Source: an uncultured Candidatus Rokubacteria bacterium (GTDB lineage Bacteria > Methylomirabilota > Methylomirabilia > Rokubacteriales > DASRDR01). From it: 64,000 nt of DNA. Below, piece by piece: positions 49,339-60,536 of this stretch (position 1 is its first letter; each line of letters begins with the position of its first letter). A program made the translations under genes and the position numbers. Location: positions 224,001 to 288,000 of the forward strand of contig CAVPSB010000012.1 of assembly GCA_963708025.1 (NCBI GenBank), written 5' to 3'. The notes beneath the pieces were generated by a model, which was not told the DNA's origin, did not search any database, and worked only from the letters and a program-made list of their open reading frames with translations.

Positions 49339-52300
49339 TGGTGGCCCCGACCAGCTCGGCGAAGGTCGGCTCCCGCCCCTCGCTCCGCGCCCGGGCCTCG
49401 GCCAGGAGCACCCGCTTGTAGTCCCTCGGCATCACCTTCACGAACCGGGGCTGCACGTCGATCCAGCGGTCGAGGAGCCCCGCCGCGTAGGTCGAGCCGG
49501 TGTGCTCGACGTGGCGGCGGATCAGGTCGCGGACCAGCTCGATGTCGGCCGCCTGGTCGAGGGGCTCCAGGTCCACCATGCCGAGGTTGCAGCGCCGCTT
49601 GAAGTCGCCGTCGACGTCGAGGACGTAGGCGATCCCGCCCGACATGCCGGCCGCGAAGTTGCGGCCGGTGCGGCCGAGGATCACCACCCGCCCGCCGGTC
49701 ATGTACTCGCAGCCGTGGTCGCCGATGCCCTCCACGACCGCGTGGACGCCGCTGTTGCGCACGCCGAAGCGCTCACCGGCGACGCCCCGCACGTAGGCCT
49801 CGCCCCCGGTGGCGCCGTAGAGGGCGACGTTGCCGACGACGATGTTCTCCTCGGGCACGAACGTCGCCGCCCGCGGGGGGTGGACGATCAGCTTCCCGCC
49901 CGACAGCCCCTTGCCCCAGTAGTCGTTGGCGTCGCCTTCGAGCGTGCAGCGTGATCCCCCGCGGCACGAAGGCGCCGAAGCTCTGGCCGGCCGAGCCGGT
50001 GAAGTGGATGCGGATCGTGTCGTCGGGCAGGCCCTCGCCGCCCCGGCGGCGGGTCACCTCGTAGCCCAGCATGGTGCCGACGGTCCGGTTGACGTTGCGG
50101 ATGGGCAGCCGCAGCTCGACGGGCGTGCCGCGCTCGATCGCCTCCCGGCAGCCCGGGATCAGCGTGGTGGCGTCGAGCGACTTCCCGAGCCCGTGGTCCT
50201 GCGCCACGACGCGGCGCCGCGCCACGTCGGGCCCCACCGCCGGCTGGTGGAGGATCGCCGAGAAGTCGAGCCCGCGCGCCTTCCAGTGGTCGAGGGCGGC
50301 CCGGAAGTCCAGGCGGTCCACGCGGCCGATCAGCTCGTCCATCGTCCGGAAGCCGAGCTTGGCCATGTACTCCCGCACCTCCTCCGCGACGAAGCGGAAG
50401 AAGTTCGCGACGAACTCCGGCTGGCCGGTGAAGCGCTTCCGCAGCTCGGGGTCCTGGGTAGCGATCCCGACCGGGCAGGTGTTGAGGTGGCAGACCCGCA
50501 TCATGATGCAGCCCATGACGACCAGCGGGGCGGTCGAGAAGCCGAACTCCTCGGCGCCCAGGAGGGCCGCGATCACCACGTCGCGGCCGGTCTTCATCTG
50601 GCCGTCCACCTGGACGACGATGCGGTCGCGCAAGCGGTTGAGCACGAGCGTCTGCTGGGTCTCGGCCAGCCCCAGCTCCCAGGGGACGCCGCCGTGCTTG
50701 ATGCTGGTGAGCGGGGAGGCCCCGGTGCCGCCGTCGTGTCCGGAGATCAGGACCACGTCGGCGTAGGCCTTGGCCACGCCAGCCGCCACGGTGCCGACGC
50801 CGACCTCGGCCACCAGCTTCACGTGGATCCGCGCCTCGGGGTTCGCGTTCTTCAGGTCGTGGATGAGCTGCTTCAGGTCCTCGATCGAGTAGATGTCGTG
50901 GTGGGGCGGCGGCGAGATGAGGCCGACCCCCGGGGTCGCGTAGCGCACCCGGGCGATCCACGGGTAGACCTTGTGGCCGGGGAGCTGGCCGCCCTCACCG
51001 GGCTTCGCCCCCTGGGCCATCTTGATCTGGAGGTCGGTGCAGTTGACCAGGTACTCGCTCGTCACGCCGAAGCGGGCCGAGGCGACCTGCTTGATCGCGC
51101 TCCGGCGCCAGTCGCCGTTCGGGTCCCGTCGGTAGCGGACCGGATCCTCGCCGCCCTCGCCGGTGTTCGACTTGCCGCCGATCCGGTTCATGGCGATGGC
51201 CAGCGTCTCGTGCGCCTCCTGGCCGATGGAGCCGTAGGACATGGCGCCGGTGGCGAAGCGCCTGAGGATCGACTCCACCGGCTCCACCTGGTCGAGGGGG
51301 ACCGGCTCCGCCTCCCGGAGGGAGATCAGCCCGCGCAGGGTCGCCATCCGGGCGCCCTGGTCGTCCACCAGCCGGGTGTACTCGCGGAAGATCCGGAACT
51401 GGCCGCTGCGCGTGGCGTGCTGGAGCTTCTGGACGGTGTCGGGGTTGAAGAGGTGGAACTCGCCGTCCCGCCGCCACTGGTACTCGCCGCCCCAGTCCAG
51501 GTCCGGCTCGCCGGACGACCGGTCCGGGAAGGCGCGCGCGTGCCGCAGCCGCACCTCCTCGGCGATCACGTCGAGGCCGACACCGCTCACGCGGGAGGCG
51601 GTGCCGGTGAAGTAGCGGCGGACGAGCTCGGTGTCGAGGCCGACCGCCTCGAAGATCTGGGCGCCGCAGTAGCTCTGCAGCGTCGAGATCCCCATCTTGG
51701 ACATGACCTTGAGGATGCCCTTGTTCAGGGCCTTGACGTAGCTCCGCACCGCCTTGGCGGGGTCCACGCCGGCGAGGAGCCCCTCGCGGATCATGTCGGC
51801 GAGCGTCTCGAAGGCCACCCAGGGGTTGACGGCGCCCGCCCCGTAACCGATGAGCAGGCACATGTGGTGGACCTCGCGCGCGTCCCCGGTCTCGACGACG
51901 AGGCCGCAGCGGGTGCGGGTGCCCTCGCGCACGAGGTGGTGGTGGACGGCGGCGGTGGCCAGCAGGCTCGGGATGGCCGCCCGCTCGCGGCACAGACCGC
52001 GGTCGGACAGGATCAGGATGTTGTGGCCGCCGGCGATGGCCCGGCTGGCGCTCCGCTGGAGGTCTTCGATCGCCCGCTCGAGCCCGGGCGCCCCCTCGGC
52101 CACCGGGTAGAGCATGGAGAGCGTGGTGGAGCGGAAGCCGTGGACGTCCACGTGGGCCAGCTTGGCCAGCTCCTCGTTCGAGAGCACCGGGTCCGGGATC
52201 ACGATCTGGTGGCACGACCCGGGCGTCGGCTCCAGGAGGTTACCCTCCGGCCCGATCGTGCTCTCCATGGACGTCACCAGCTCCTCGCGGATGGCGTCCA

Positions 52301-53959
52301 GCGGCGGGTTGGTGACCTGCGCGAAGAGCTGCTTGAAGTAGTCGTAGAGCGGCCGCGGCCGATCGGAGAGGACGGCCAGCGCGGTGTCGGTGCCCATCGA
52401 GCCGACCGGCTCCTCGCCCTGCTTGGCCATGGGGGCCAGCAGGAGGCGCAGGTCCTCGTGGGTGTAGCCGAAGGCGAGCTGCCGCGTGAGCACGGCCTCG
52501 TGGTCCGGCTCGGCCACCGGCGCCGCCGGCAGCTCGTCGAGCGTGACGAGCTCGGCCCGCAGCCACTCGGCGTACGGGTGCTCGGCCGCCAGGTGCGCCT
52601 TGATCTCCTCGTCCGAGACGATCCGGCCCTGGGCGGTGTCCACCAGGAAGATCCGCCCGGGGTGGAGCCGCTCCTTCAGCCGGATGTTCTCCGGCGGGAT
52701 GTCGAGGACGCCCACCTCCGACGCCATGACGACCATGTCGTCCTTCGTGACGTAGTACCGGGAGGGGCGGAGGCCGTTCCGGTCCAGCACCGCCCCGATG
52801 AGGACGCCGTCGGTGAAGGCGATCGAGGCCGGCCCGTCCCAGGGCTCCATCAGCGACGAGTGGTACTCGTAGAAGGCCCGGCGCTCCGGGCTCATGCTCT
52901 CGTGGTTCTGCCAGGGCTCGGGGATCATCATCAGGATGGCGTGGGGCAGCGAGCGCCCGTTCATGACCAGGAACTCGAGGACGTTGTCGAACGTCGCCGT
53001 GTCCGACAGCCCGTCCCGGGTGACCGGCAGGATCTTCCAGAGGTCGTCACCGACCACCGAGGACCGGCAGAGGGCCTCCCGGGCGCGCATCCAGTTGATG
53101 TTCCCGCGCAGCGTGTTGATCTCGCCGTTGTGCGCGATGTAGCGGTAGGGGTGGGCGAGGGGCCAGGAGGGGAACGTGTTGGTGCTGAAGCGCTGGTGGA
53201 CCAGGGCCAGCGCCGACTCCACGGCCGGGTCGGCCAGGTCCGGGTACATCACCTCGATCTGGTCGGCGCTCAGCATGCCCTTGTAGATGAGCGTCCGCGA
53301 CGAGAGGCTCGGGATGTAGGCGAAGGTGCGCTCGGGGAGGTCGATCGCCGCCACCGCCTTCTCGAAGAGCTTCCGGATCACGTAGAGCTTGCGCTCGAAG
53401 GCCATCGGGTCGCCGGCCCCGGCGGCCCGATCCCCGCGGCCCCCCCGACCCCCAGACCCCCGCGACCAATGAAGACCTGGCTGATGGTCGGCTCCACCGA
53501 CAGCGCGGTGGCTCCCAGGAGGCGGTCGTCGGTGGGGACGCTGCGCCAGCCGAGGCAGTGCTGGCCCTCCTCCTCGACGATGGAGTGGAAGAGGGCGCGC
53601 ACCTTGTCGGCCTGGAAGGGATCGCGCGGCAGGAAGACGAGCCCCGCTCCGTAGTCGCCGAGCGGCGGCAGGTCGATGCCGAGCGTCGCGCACTCACGGC
53701 GGAGGAAGCGGTCGGGCATCTGGAGCAGGATGCCGGCGCCGTCCCCGGTGTTCGGCTCGCTCCCGCACGCGCCCCGGTGCAGGAGGTTGATGAGGACCTG
53801 GAGGGCCTGGCGCACGATCGCGTGCGAGCGGCGGCCCTTGATGTCCACGACGAAGCCGACGCCGCACGCGTCGTGCTCGTGGCGGGGATCGTAGAGACCC
53901 TGGGGACCTGGCTGGCCGGCGTACAACCCGTGCTCCGGGCCGGCGTCCTGCTGACTCAT
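49331..53959 (-). CDS. gltB: Glutamate synthase large subunit (frameshifts near 53430 and 49948)
   Basis: [59 protein letters not shown]. Confidence 0.97.
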
Positions 53960-54070
53960 ATCCCACCTCTCTGCAAACAGTTGCCAGATCATACGGTGCG
54001 ACGGAGCATTAGTCATCACGGAAAATACGGATGCTAGATATCAGACGGACTAATAGTGTAGACTGCCGCC
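53960..54070. promoter_or_regulatory. Divergent gltB/LysR control region
   Basis: AT-richer spacer with imperfect dyad ATCAG-N5-CTAAT (T-N11-A) and TAGACT at 54059-54064. Confidence 0.45.
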
Positions 54071-55030
54071 GTGCACCTCGAGACGATCCAGCTCTACTGC
54101 GACGTGGTCCGGCTGCGGAGCTTCTCCCGGGGGGCCGAGCAGCGGTTCGTCTCCCAGTCGGCGGCCAGCCAGGCGGTGCAGCAGCTCGAGACGGCCCTCG
54201 GCGTGACGCTGATCGACCGCACCAAGCGCCCCCTGGTGGTGACGCCGGAGGGCGAGGCGTTCTACACCGCCTGCCGGGACCTCCTGGAAGGGTGGGAGAA
54301 GGCGAAGACGGCGGTGGCGGCGGCCCGGGCCCGCGTGGACGGCACCGTGCGGGTGGCCGCGATCTACTCGGTCGGCCTCCACGACGTGAGCCGGCCCATG
54401 CAGCAGTTCCAGTCGCTCTACCCGGAGGCACGCCTCCAGCTCGAGTGCCTGCACCCCCACAAGGTCGTGGAGGCCGTGCTGAGCGACGAGGCGGACATCG
54501 GGATCATGTCCTACCCGCCCAGCGCGCGCGCGCTCACGGTGCTGCCGCTGCGCGAGGAGCCGATGGCGGTCGTCTGCCACCCCGGCCACCGGCTGGCCCG
54601 GCACCCGGTCGTCCACCCTGCCGAGCTGAACGGCGAGCCCTTCGTGGCCTTCGACGCCGGGCTCGGGATCCGGCGGGCCATCGACCGCGCGCTCCGCGCC
54701 CGGAACGTGCGCCCCAACATCGTGATGGCGTTCGACAACATCGAGACCATCAAGCAGGCCATCATCATCGCCGCCGGGGTCAGCGTCCTGCCCCGCCACA
54801 CCGTGCAGAAGGAGGTCGGGGTCCGGACGCTGGCCGCGGTGCCCCTGGCGATGCCCGAGCTGGTGCGGCCGGTCGGCATCATCCACCGGAAGCAGAAGCC
54901 GCTGACGCCGGCGGCCGGCCGCTTCGTCGAGCTCCTGAAGGCCGCGGGGCCGGCGACCGGGGAGGCCACCGCCGCGGCGCCGGCCGCCGCCCCGCCGCGC
55001 GCCCCGGACCGCCGCCCGGCGGCGCGGTAG
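54071..55030 (+). CDS. LysR-family regulator (GltC-like position)
   Basis: SFSRGA....SQSAASQ.VQQLE..LG..L.DR, TPEG. Confidence 0.93.
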   Translation: MHLETIQLYCDVVRLRSFSRGAEQRFVSQSAASQAVQQLETALGVTLIDRTKRPLVVTPEGEAFYTACRDLLEGWEKAKTAVAAARARVDGTVRVAAIYSVGLHDVSRPMQQFQSLYPEARLQLECLHPHKVVEAVLSDEADIGIMSYPPSARALTVLPLREEPMAVVCHPGHRLARHPVVHPAELNGEPFVAFDAGLGIRRAIDRALRARNVRPNIVMAFDNIETIKQAIIIAAGVSVLPRHTVQKEVGVRTLAAVPLAMPELVRPVGIIHRKQKPLTPAAGRFVELLKAAGPATGEATAAAPAAAPPRAPDRRPAAR

Positions 55031-55074
55031 CCTCGACCGCGCCGCGTCCGCGCCCGGGAGACCGGGCCGGCTCA

Positions 55075-55190
55075 TATCGGGACCTCCCGCCTACCCGATC
55101 CATCGACGGCCTTCGGCCTTTGGCCCCCCTCCCCACCCTTGGACGGCCTTCGGCCTGTGGCGGGGGGAGGGGGAGTCGGAGGACCCGTTC
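55075..55190 (-). repeat. C-tract/G-tract repeat, copy F, with two GGCCGAAGGCC modules
   Basis: Modules at 55108-55118 and 55145-55155; ends GGCGGGAGGTCCCGA on the minus strand; between convergent genes. Confidence 0.82.
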
Positions 55191-55199
55191 CACACGCGC

Positions 55200-55970
55200 T
55201 CAGGCGACGACGAGCCGGGCGCCGGCGGCGTGGAGCGGGTCGAGGGGCCCGCGTCGACCGGCCGGGGCCCGCAGGGTGGCCGCGTAGGGAGATGGTCCCC
55301 GGGCGGCGAGCCAGCCGGCGATCTCGCCGCCGGGGTCCCGGGGGGCCAGGAACTCGAGCGCGTGCGGACCGACGGTGAACCGGACTCCCGCCGCGCCGAG
55401 CTCCGGCCGCGCGACCTCGATCCCCGGCGTCCCCAGCGCGCTGGCGAACCAGTGACGGACGGCGGCGAGGTCGTCCACGGCCACCGTGAGCGCTTCGATC
55501 CCGGTGACGCCGTTGGCGTGATGCGTCTCCCGCGGGACCCGCTCGTCCCGCTCCGTCTCGTCGCGGATCAGGAACGGCGCCACGCCGCGATGCGCACCCC
55601 GGGGGAGCGAGAACACCCAGCGGAGCTGGTAGCCGTCCGGTCGGACCCGGGACTGGGAGGTCGGGTCGGCGATGTCGACGCCGGCGACCCGGAAGGCGCG
55701 GGTGTCGGCAATCAGGTCGTCGGTCGCCAGGCAGAAGTCCACGAGGCCGCCCCCACGCTGCAGGGGCGCCCACCAGCGGTGCTCGGGGTTGTCCCGGTAG
55801 AAGCCGATCAGCTCGAGGTAGGCCCGGTCGTCGAAGGCGATCAGCGAGTTGTAGGTGCCCACCGGGTGGCGGCCGCCCTCCACGACGGTGAAGCCGAGCT
55901 CCCCGTACGCCCGGGTCGCCGCCTCGAGGTCGCGGACCACGACGACCAGGTGGTCGATGCCAGTGACCAT
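55200..55970 (-). CDS. VOC/glyoxalase-like (Glyoxalase_3) protein
   Basis: IDHLVVVV.DL, GGRH.VGT.N.LI, YLELI, PFLI. Confidence 0.9.
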   Translation of the reverse strand: MVTGIDHLVVVVRDLEAATRAYGELGFTVVEGGRHPVGTYNSLIAFDDRAYLELIGFYRDNPEHRWWAPLQRGGGLVDFCLATDDLIADTRAFRVAGVDIADPTSQSRVRPDGYQLRWVFSLPRGAHRGVAPFLIRDETERDERVPRETHHANGVTGIEALTVAVDDLAAVRHWFASALGTPGIEVARPELGAAGVRFTVGPHALEFLAPRDPGGEIAGWLAARGPSPYAATLRAPAGRRGPLDPLHAAGARLVVA

Positions 55971-56247
55971 GAGCCGCACACTAGAGACGGCGCCGCCCGG
56001 CGTCAAGCTGCCACACTCCCTTCGCGCCCCTCACGCGCCGCATTTTCTGCTTGACACGGTTTCTGACCTGCAATGGGCGACGGTCGTGGCCGCGGCTCTG
56101 AGTCACGCCCAGCGGGCTGTGTCGGCCTGTCGCGCCACCCGCCACCGACGCCGAGTCGAAAATCATTCCTTGGCCCCGATGTGCGATCGAGCAGCCTCCC
56201 AGGGCGGTCGAAAATCGCGTGGTAGGGTGCGAGGCAGGAGGCTCACC

Positions 56248-57591
56248 ATGCACCTCGCCCCGATGCTCGCGCCCACATCTGCTTCGGCCGACCTCGACCG
56301 CCTCGGCGACGAGATCGCCGAGCTCTCGGCCCACATCGACGCCGCCACCGCCCACTTGCTGGCGATGATCCGCGAGTTCGACGCGCGGGGCGGCTGGGGG
56401 AACGGCTTCCGTTCGTGTGCGGCGTGGTTGAGCTGGCGCGTCGGGCTCGACCTGGGGGCGGCCCGGGAGCGGGTGCGGGTGGCGCGGGCCCTGGGCGGGC
56501 TGCCCCAGCTCGCGGCGGCTCTCGCCCGGGGAGAGCTGTCCTACGCCAAGGTGCGGGCCCTCACGCGCGTCGCCACCCCGGAGACCGAGGCGCGGCTGCT
56601 GGCGGTGGGGCGGGCCGGGACGGCGGCCCACGTGGAGCGGATCGTGCGGGGGTGGCGGCGGGTGGACCGGCAGATGGAGACGCAGGAGGCGGCGGCGCGG
56701 CACCGGGGGCGGTCGCTCCAGGTGTACCCGGACACGGATGGGATGATGGTGGTGCGGGGGCGGCTGGAGCCGGAGGTGGGGGCGGTGCTGATCCGGGCGC
56801 TGGAGGCGGCGCGCGAGGCGCTGTACGCGAAGCGGCGGGCGGCCGCGGTGGGAGGCGCCGAGATGGACCCACCGACCCAGGGCCAGCAGCAGGCCGACGC
56901 CCTGGCGCTGGTGGCGGAGACGGCCCTCGCGCAGGGGCTCGATCCGGGCTCGGGGAGCGAGCGGTACCAGGTCGTCGTCCACGTGGACGCCGCCGCGCTG
57001 GCCGACCCCGAGCAGCCGGGGCAGTCGGCGCTCGAGGACGGCGTGCACGTTTCCGCGGAGACGTCCCGGCGGCTGGCCTGTGACGCGACCCGGGTCATCC
57101 TCCGCCACGCGGGGGACGGGCAGGTGCTCGACGTGGGGCGGCGGACGCGGACGATTCCGCCGGCATTGCGACGAGCGCTGCAGGCGCGGGACCGGGGGTG
57201 CCGGTTCCCGGGCTGCGGGGTGCGCCACACCCAGGGGCACCATCTTCATCACTGGGCGAACGGGGGCCCGACCCGGCTGGACAACCTCGCGCTGGTGTGC
57301 GGGTTCCATCACCGCGCCGTGCACGAGGAGGGCTATCAGATCGAGCGTGACGCCGAGGGCACGCTACATTTCAGCACCCCGAACGGCTGGCCAATCCCCG
57401 AGGTCCCGGCGCCCCCGGCAGTGCCGCCCGATCCGATGCAGGCCCTCGTCGCGACCAACCGGGCGAACGGCCTGGCGATCGGCCCGCGGACGGGGTGTCC
57501 GAGCTGGCTCGGGGAGCGGCTCGACCTCCACTGGGCGATCGGGGTCCTCCACCCCGCGGCCAATCCACTCGCGTACCGCTCTCCTGGGTAG
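56248..57591 (+). CDS. DUF222 (13E12-repeat family) + HNH endonuclease
   Basis: AWLSWR, G.LSY.KVRA, RRLACD, RRAL..RD.GCRFPGC, HH..HW.NGG.T.LDNL..VC.FHH; AGGAGG RBS. Confidence 0.92.
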   Translation: MHLAPMLAPTSASADLDRLGDEIAELSAHIDAATAHLLAMIREFDARGGWGNGFRSCAAWLSWRVGLDLGAARERVRVARALGGLPQLAAALARGELSYAKVRALTRVATPETEARLLAVGRAGTAAHVERIVRGWRRVDRQMETQEAAARHRGRSLQVYPDTDGMMVVRGRLEPEVGAVLIRALEAAREALYAKRRAAAVGGAEMDPPTQGQQQADALALVAETALAQGLDPGSGSERYQVVVHVDAAALADPEQPGQSALEDGVHVSAETSRRLACDATRVILRHAGDGQVLDVGRRTRTIPPALRRALQARDRGCRFPGCGVRHTQGHHLHHWANGGPTRLDNLALVCGFHHRAVHEEGYQIERDAEGTLHFSTPNGWPIPEVPAPPAVPPDPMQALVATNRANGLAIGPRTGCPSWLGERLDLHWAIGVLHPAANPLAYRSPG

Positions 57592-57667
57592 CCTGTTTCC
57601 GGTGGGGCATTCCGCCGGGACGCCACTCGGCATCGGCCCAATCCTGCGGCCCGGCTCCGATGCCCCC

Positions 57668-57697
57668 TTGACGCCCGCCCGAGGGCGCGGTTAGCTT
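57668..57697 (+). promoter_or_regulatory. Putative sigma70 promoter
   Basis: TTGACG, 18 nt, TAGCTT upstream of AGGAGG and ATG 57734. Confidence 0.45.
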
Positions 57698-57733
57698 GCC
57701 AGCACCCGGATCATCCGCCGGCAGGAGGTCGTC

Positions 57734-58420
57734 ATGAGCGCCATCCCCAGCGAGTTCCGCACCCGGCTCGAGCAGACCGTCAGCGCCCGGCACAGCCGCC
57801 TGAATCCGTTCACCGAGAAGTGGGTGAAGGGCGAGCTCAGCCGGGACCAGCTCGGGGCCTGGGTCTGCCAGCACTACCAGTACGTCTCGCAGTTCGCCCG
57901 CTGGTGCGCCGCCGTCTACGCGGAGTGCCCCGATTCCGACGCCCGCGACTTCCTGCTGGAGAACATCGTCGAGGAGGAAGCCGGGGTCAAGCACGTCGAC
58001 CTGCTGATCCGCTTCGGGGAGGCGTGCGGGGTGACCCGCCAACAGGTGGAGACGGCCCGCCAGCTCCCCACCACGCGGGCCCTCACCGCCTGGTGCCACG
58101 AGACGTCCCGGAGGCCCTTCCACGTGGCGGCCGCCGGGCTCCTGGTCGGGCTCGAGTCCCAGGTGCCCGGCATCTATCAGCGGAACCTGCCGCCGCTCAG
58201 GACCCACTACGGGTTCAGCGACCACGAGGTGGAGTTCTTCGCGGTCCACATCGAGGCCGACGAGGTCCACGGCGAGCGGGGCTACCAGATCGTCGAGCGG
58301 CACTGCACCACGCTGGAGCGGCAGGCCGAGGCGGTCGAGCAGGTGCGCCAGGCGACCGAGATGCGCTGGCAGTACATGACCGGGGTCTACCGGACCTACG
58401 TTCTCAAGGAAGACGCGTGA
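57734..58420 (+). CDS. Heme-oxygenase-like diiron oxidase (CADD/TenA/PqqC fold)
   Basis: EN..EE....KH, ESQ.P, H.EADE.H give a full dimetal ligand set. Confidence 0.85.
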   Translation: MSAIPSEFRTRLEQTVSARHSRLNPFTEKWVKGELSRDQLGAWVCQHYQYVSQFARWCAAVYAECPDSDARDFLLENIVEEEAGVKHVDLLIRFGEACGVTRQQVETARQLPTTRALTAWCHETSRRPFHVAAAGLLVGLESQVPGIYQRNLPPLRTHYGFSDHEVEFFAVHIEADEVHGERGYQIVERHCTTLERQAEAVEQVRQATEMRWQYMTGVYRTYVLKEDA

Positions 58421-58725
58421 GCGAGGTCCGCGCCGCCTCCCTCGCGGAGGTGGCGCCGGGCCAGCCGACGCTGGTGGTGCTGAACGGGACCCGCGTGGTC
58501 CTGGCCCGCGTCGGCGCCCAGGTCTACGCCCTCGGCGACACCTGCGCCCACCAGGGGGGGCCGCTCGGCGAGGGCAAGCTCTCCGGCACGCGCCTGGCCT
58601 GCCCGTGGCATGGCTGGATGTACGACGTCCGCACCGGCGCCTGCGCCTTCCCGGGCCGGGGCGCGGCGGTGCCGTCCTACCCCGCGCGGGTCGAGGCCGG
58701 CGCCGTGTGGGTCGAAGTTCCGTGA
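58417..58725 (+). CDS. Rieske [2Fe-2S] ferredoxin
   Basis: CAH and CPWH ligands; GTGA overlap. Confidence 0.93.
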   Translation: MSEVRAASLAEVAPGQPTLVVLNGTRVVLARVGAQVYALGDTCAHQGGPLGEGKLSGTRLACPWHGWMYDVRTGACAFPGRGAAVPSYPARVEAGAVWVEVP

Positions 58726-59147
58726 GCTCCGTCAGCCTCGAGGGCGCGCGGGAGTGCATCGCCCGGGGGTTCGCCCGGGCCCGCGAGCTGGGCTTCCGGG
58801 TCGCCATCGCGGTGGTGGACGAGGGGGGGCATCTCGTGACCTGCGATCGCATGGACGGCGCGCTCTGGGTGACGCCGGAGATCGCCCGGGCCAAGGCCAA
58901 CGCCGCCGCCGCGTTCCGCGCCACGACCCTGGATCTCGAGGAGCGGTTCACGAAGCGGATCCTGTTCGCCGACAACGTGGCCGGCCTCGGCGACTACCGG
59001 TTCGTCTTCGGCAGGGGGGGCGTCCCGATCGTGAAGGATGGGGCGATCGTGGGCGCGGTCGGCGTCAGCGGCGCGGTCCCGGCCGAGCACGACCACGCCA
59101 TCGCCGACGCGGCCGCCGGCCATCCGGAGGTCCCCCGCAGTCACTGA
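58722..59147 (+). CDS. GlcG/HbpS-family heme-binding protein
   Basis: IAVVD.GG.L....[28 protein letters not shown] overlap. Confidence 0.9.
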   Translation: MSSVSLEGARECIARGFARARELGFRVAIAVVDEGGHLVTCDRMDGALWVTPEIARAKANAAAAFRATTLDLEERFTKRILFADNVAGLGDYRFVFGRGGVPIVKDGAIVGAVGVSGAVPAEHDHAIADAAAGHPEVPRSH

Positions 59148-59163
59148 GAGGGTATGTAGGAAT

Positions 59164-59256
59164 GGGTCCTCCGGCTCCCCGCTCCCCCCCGCCACAGGCC
59201 GAAGGCCGTCCGACGGTTGGGGAGGGGGCTGGGGGGGTGGGCGGGCAGGTCCCGAA
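59164..59256 (+). repeat. C-tract/G-tract repeat, copy G, with one GGCCGAAGGCC module
   Basis: Module at 59197-59207; ends GGGCGGGCAGGTCCCGA. Confidence 0.82.
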
Positions 59257-59348
59257 CTGAGGGCGGCGAAGAGAAGGATCGTCCCACGGGCGTGGAGGCT
59301 CGGCGTCGCCGACGATCGCGTCGCGGCGCGGATCTCCTCGCCGAGACT

Positions 59349-60501
59349 TCAGCGGGGCCCGGCCGGCACCACCCGTAGGATGCGCCCGTCGCGGCTGTCG
59401 GTCAGGAGGTAGAGCAGCCCATCCGGTCCCTGCCGCACGTCGCGGATGCGCTCTCCCAGGCCGCCCAGGTACCGCTCTTCCCGGGCGACCCGGCCGTCCT
59501 CGAGCGTCAGCCGCACCAGGAGCCCCGGCCGCAGCGACCCGATGAAGACGCTGCCTTTCCAGCCGGGGAGCGCGTCGCCGGTGTAGAAGACCATGCCGGA
59601 GGGCGCGATCACCGGATCCCAGTAGTAGACCGGCTGCTCCATGCCCGGCTTTCGCCGTGCCTTCGCCGATGCTCGCCCCCGAGTAGTCGATGCCGTAGGT
59701 GATGACGGGCCAGCCGTAGTTCTTGCCGGGCTCCGGGTGGTTCAGCTCGTCACCGCCGCGTGCCCCGTGCTCCACGGTCCAGAGCTGTCCGGTCTCCGGG
59801 TGGAGCGCGGCGCCCTGGACGTTGCGATGCCCGTACGACCAGATCTCGGGCCGCGCGCCGGCCCGGCCGACGAACGGGTTGTCGCGCGGCACCGAGCCGT
59901 CCGGGGCGATCCGCACGATCTTGCCGAAGCCGACCGACAGGTCCTGCGCGCCCCGGTAGTAGGTGAAGCGGTCGCCCTGGGTGACGAAGAGCGTGCCGTC
60001 GCGGGCGAAGACCAGGCGAGACCCGAAGTGGTTCCAGCCCTCCACCTTGGGGTGCTGCTGGTAGATCACCCGGACGTCCTCGAGGCGGCCCTCGCCGAGC
60101 CGTCCCCGCGCCACCGCCGTCCCGGCGGTGCCGACGGCCCCGGGCTCCGCGTAGGACAGGTAGACGAGGCGGGTGTCGGCGAACTTCGGGTCGAGCGCGA
60201 CATCGAGCAGGCCGCCCTGTCCGTGCGCCAGGACGCGCGGCAGGCCGGCGAGCGGCTCGGAGACGCGGCCGTCCGGGTCGACGATGCGGAGTCGCCCCGG
60301 GCGCTCGGTGACGAGCATGCGCCCGGCGGGGAGAAAGGCCAGCGCCCAGGGATGCTCGAGGCCACGGGCGATGGTCTCGACGCGGACGCCCCCGTCCACC
60401 GGGGCCGGCGTCGGCGAGCGCGGCGCCTGGCCCCGGGCGAGCCCGGGCGCGACCGAGACCAGGCCGGCGACGATCACGAGGCTCACGGTTACACGCGACA
60501 T
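59349..60501 (-). CDS. PQQ-dependent soluble sugar dehydrogenase (YliI-like), frameshifted near 59650
   Basis: GLEHPW, TERPGRL, GQGGLLD, HFGSR, YGHRN.QG, GGDELN, NYGWP, IAPSG, RIRDV.QGPDG. Confidence 0.92.
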
Positions 60502-60536
60502 CTGCAGCCTCCTCCGGCCGGGTGCCCCACGCTCCG

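Noticed and set aside
49926-53654. Long antisense and alternate-frame ORFs (also 8696-10942, 19396-21486, 23232-25685, 40788-43232)
   Set aside because: Shadow ORFs expected at very high GC, opposite clear genes and without motifs
47886-53959. gltB/gltD (and dppC, hydantoinase B, PQQ dehydrogenase) as pseudogenes or programmed frameshifts
   Set aside because: Scattered single-base slips in otherwise conserved genes with no in-frame decay are best explained by long-read indel errors
57734-58420. pqqC
   Set aside because: Has a CADD-type dimetal ligand set and no pqqA/B/D/E nearby
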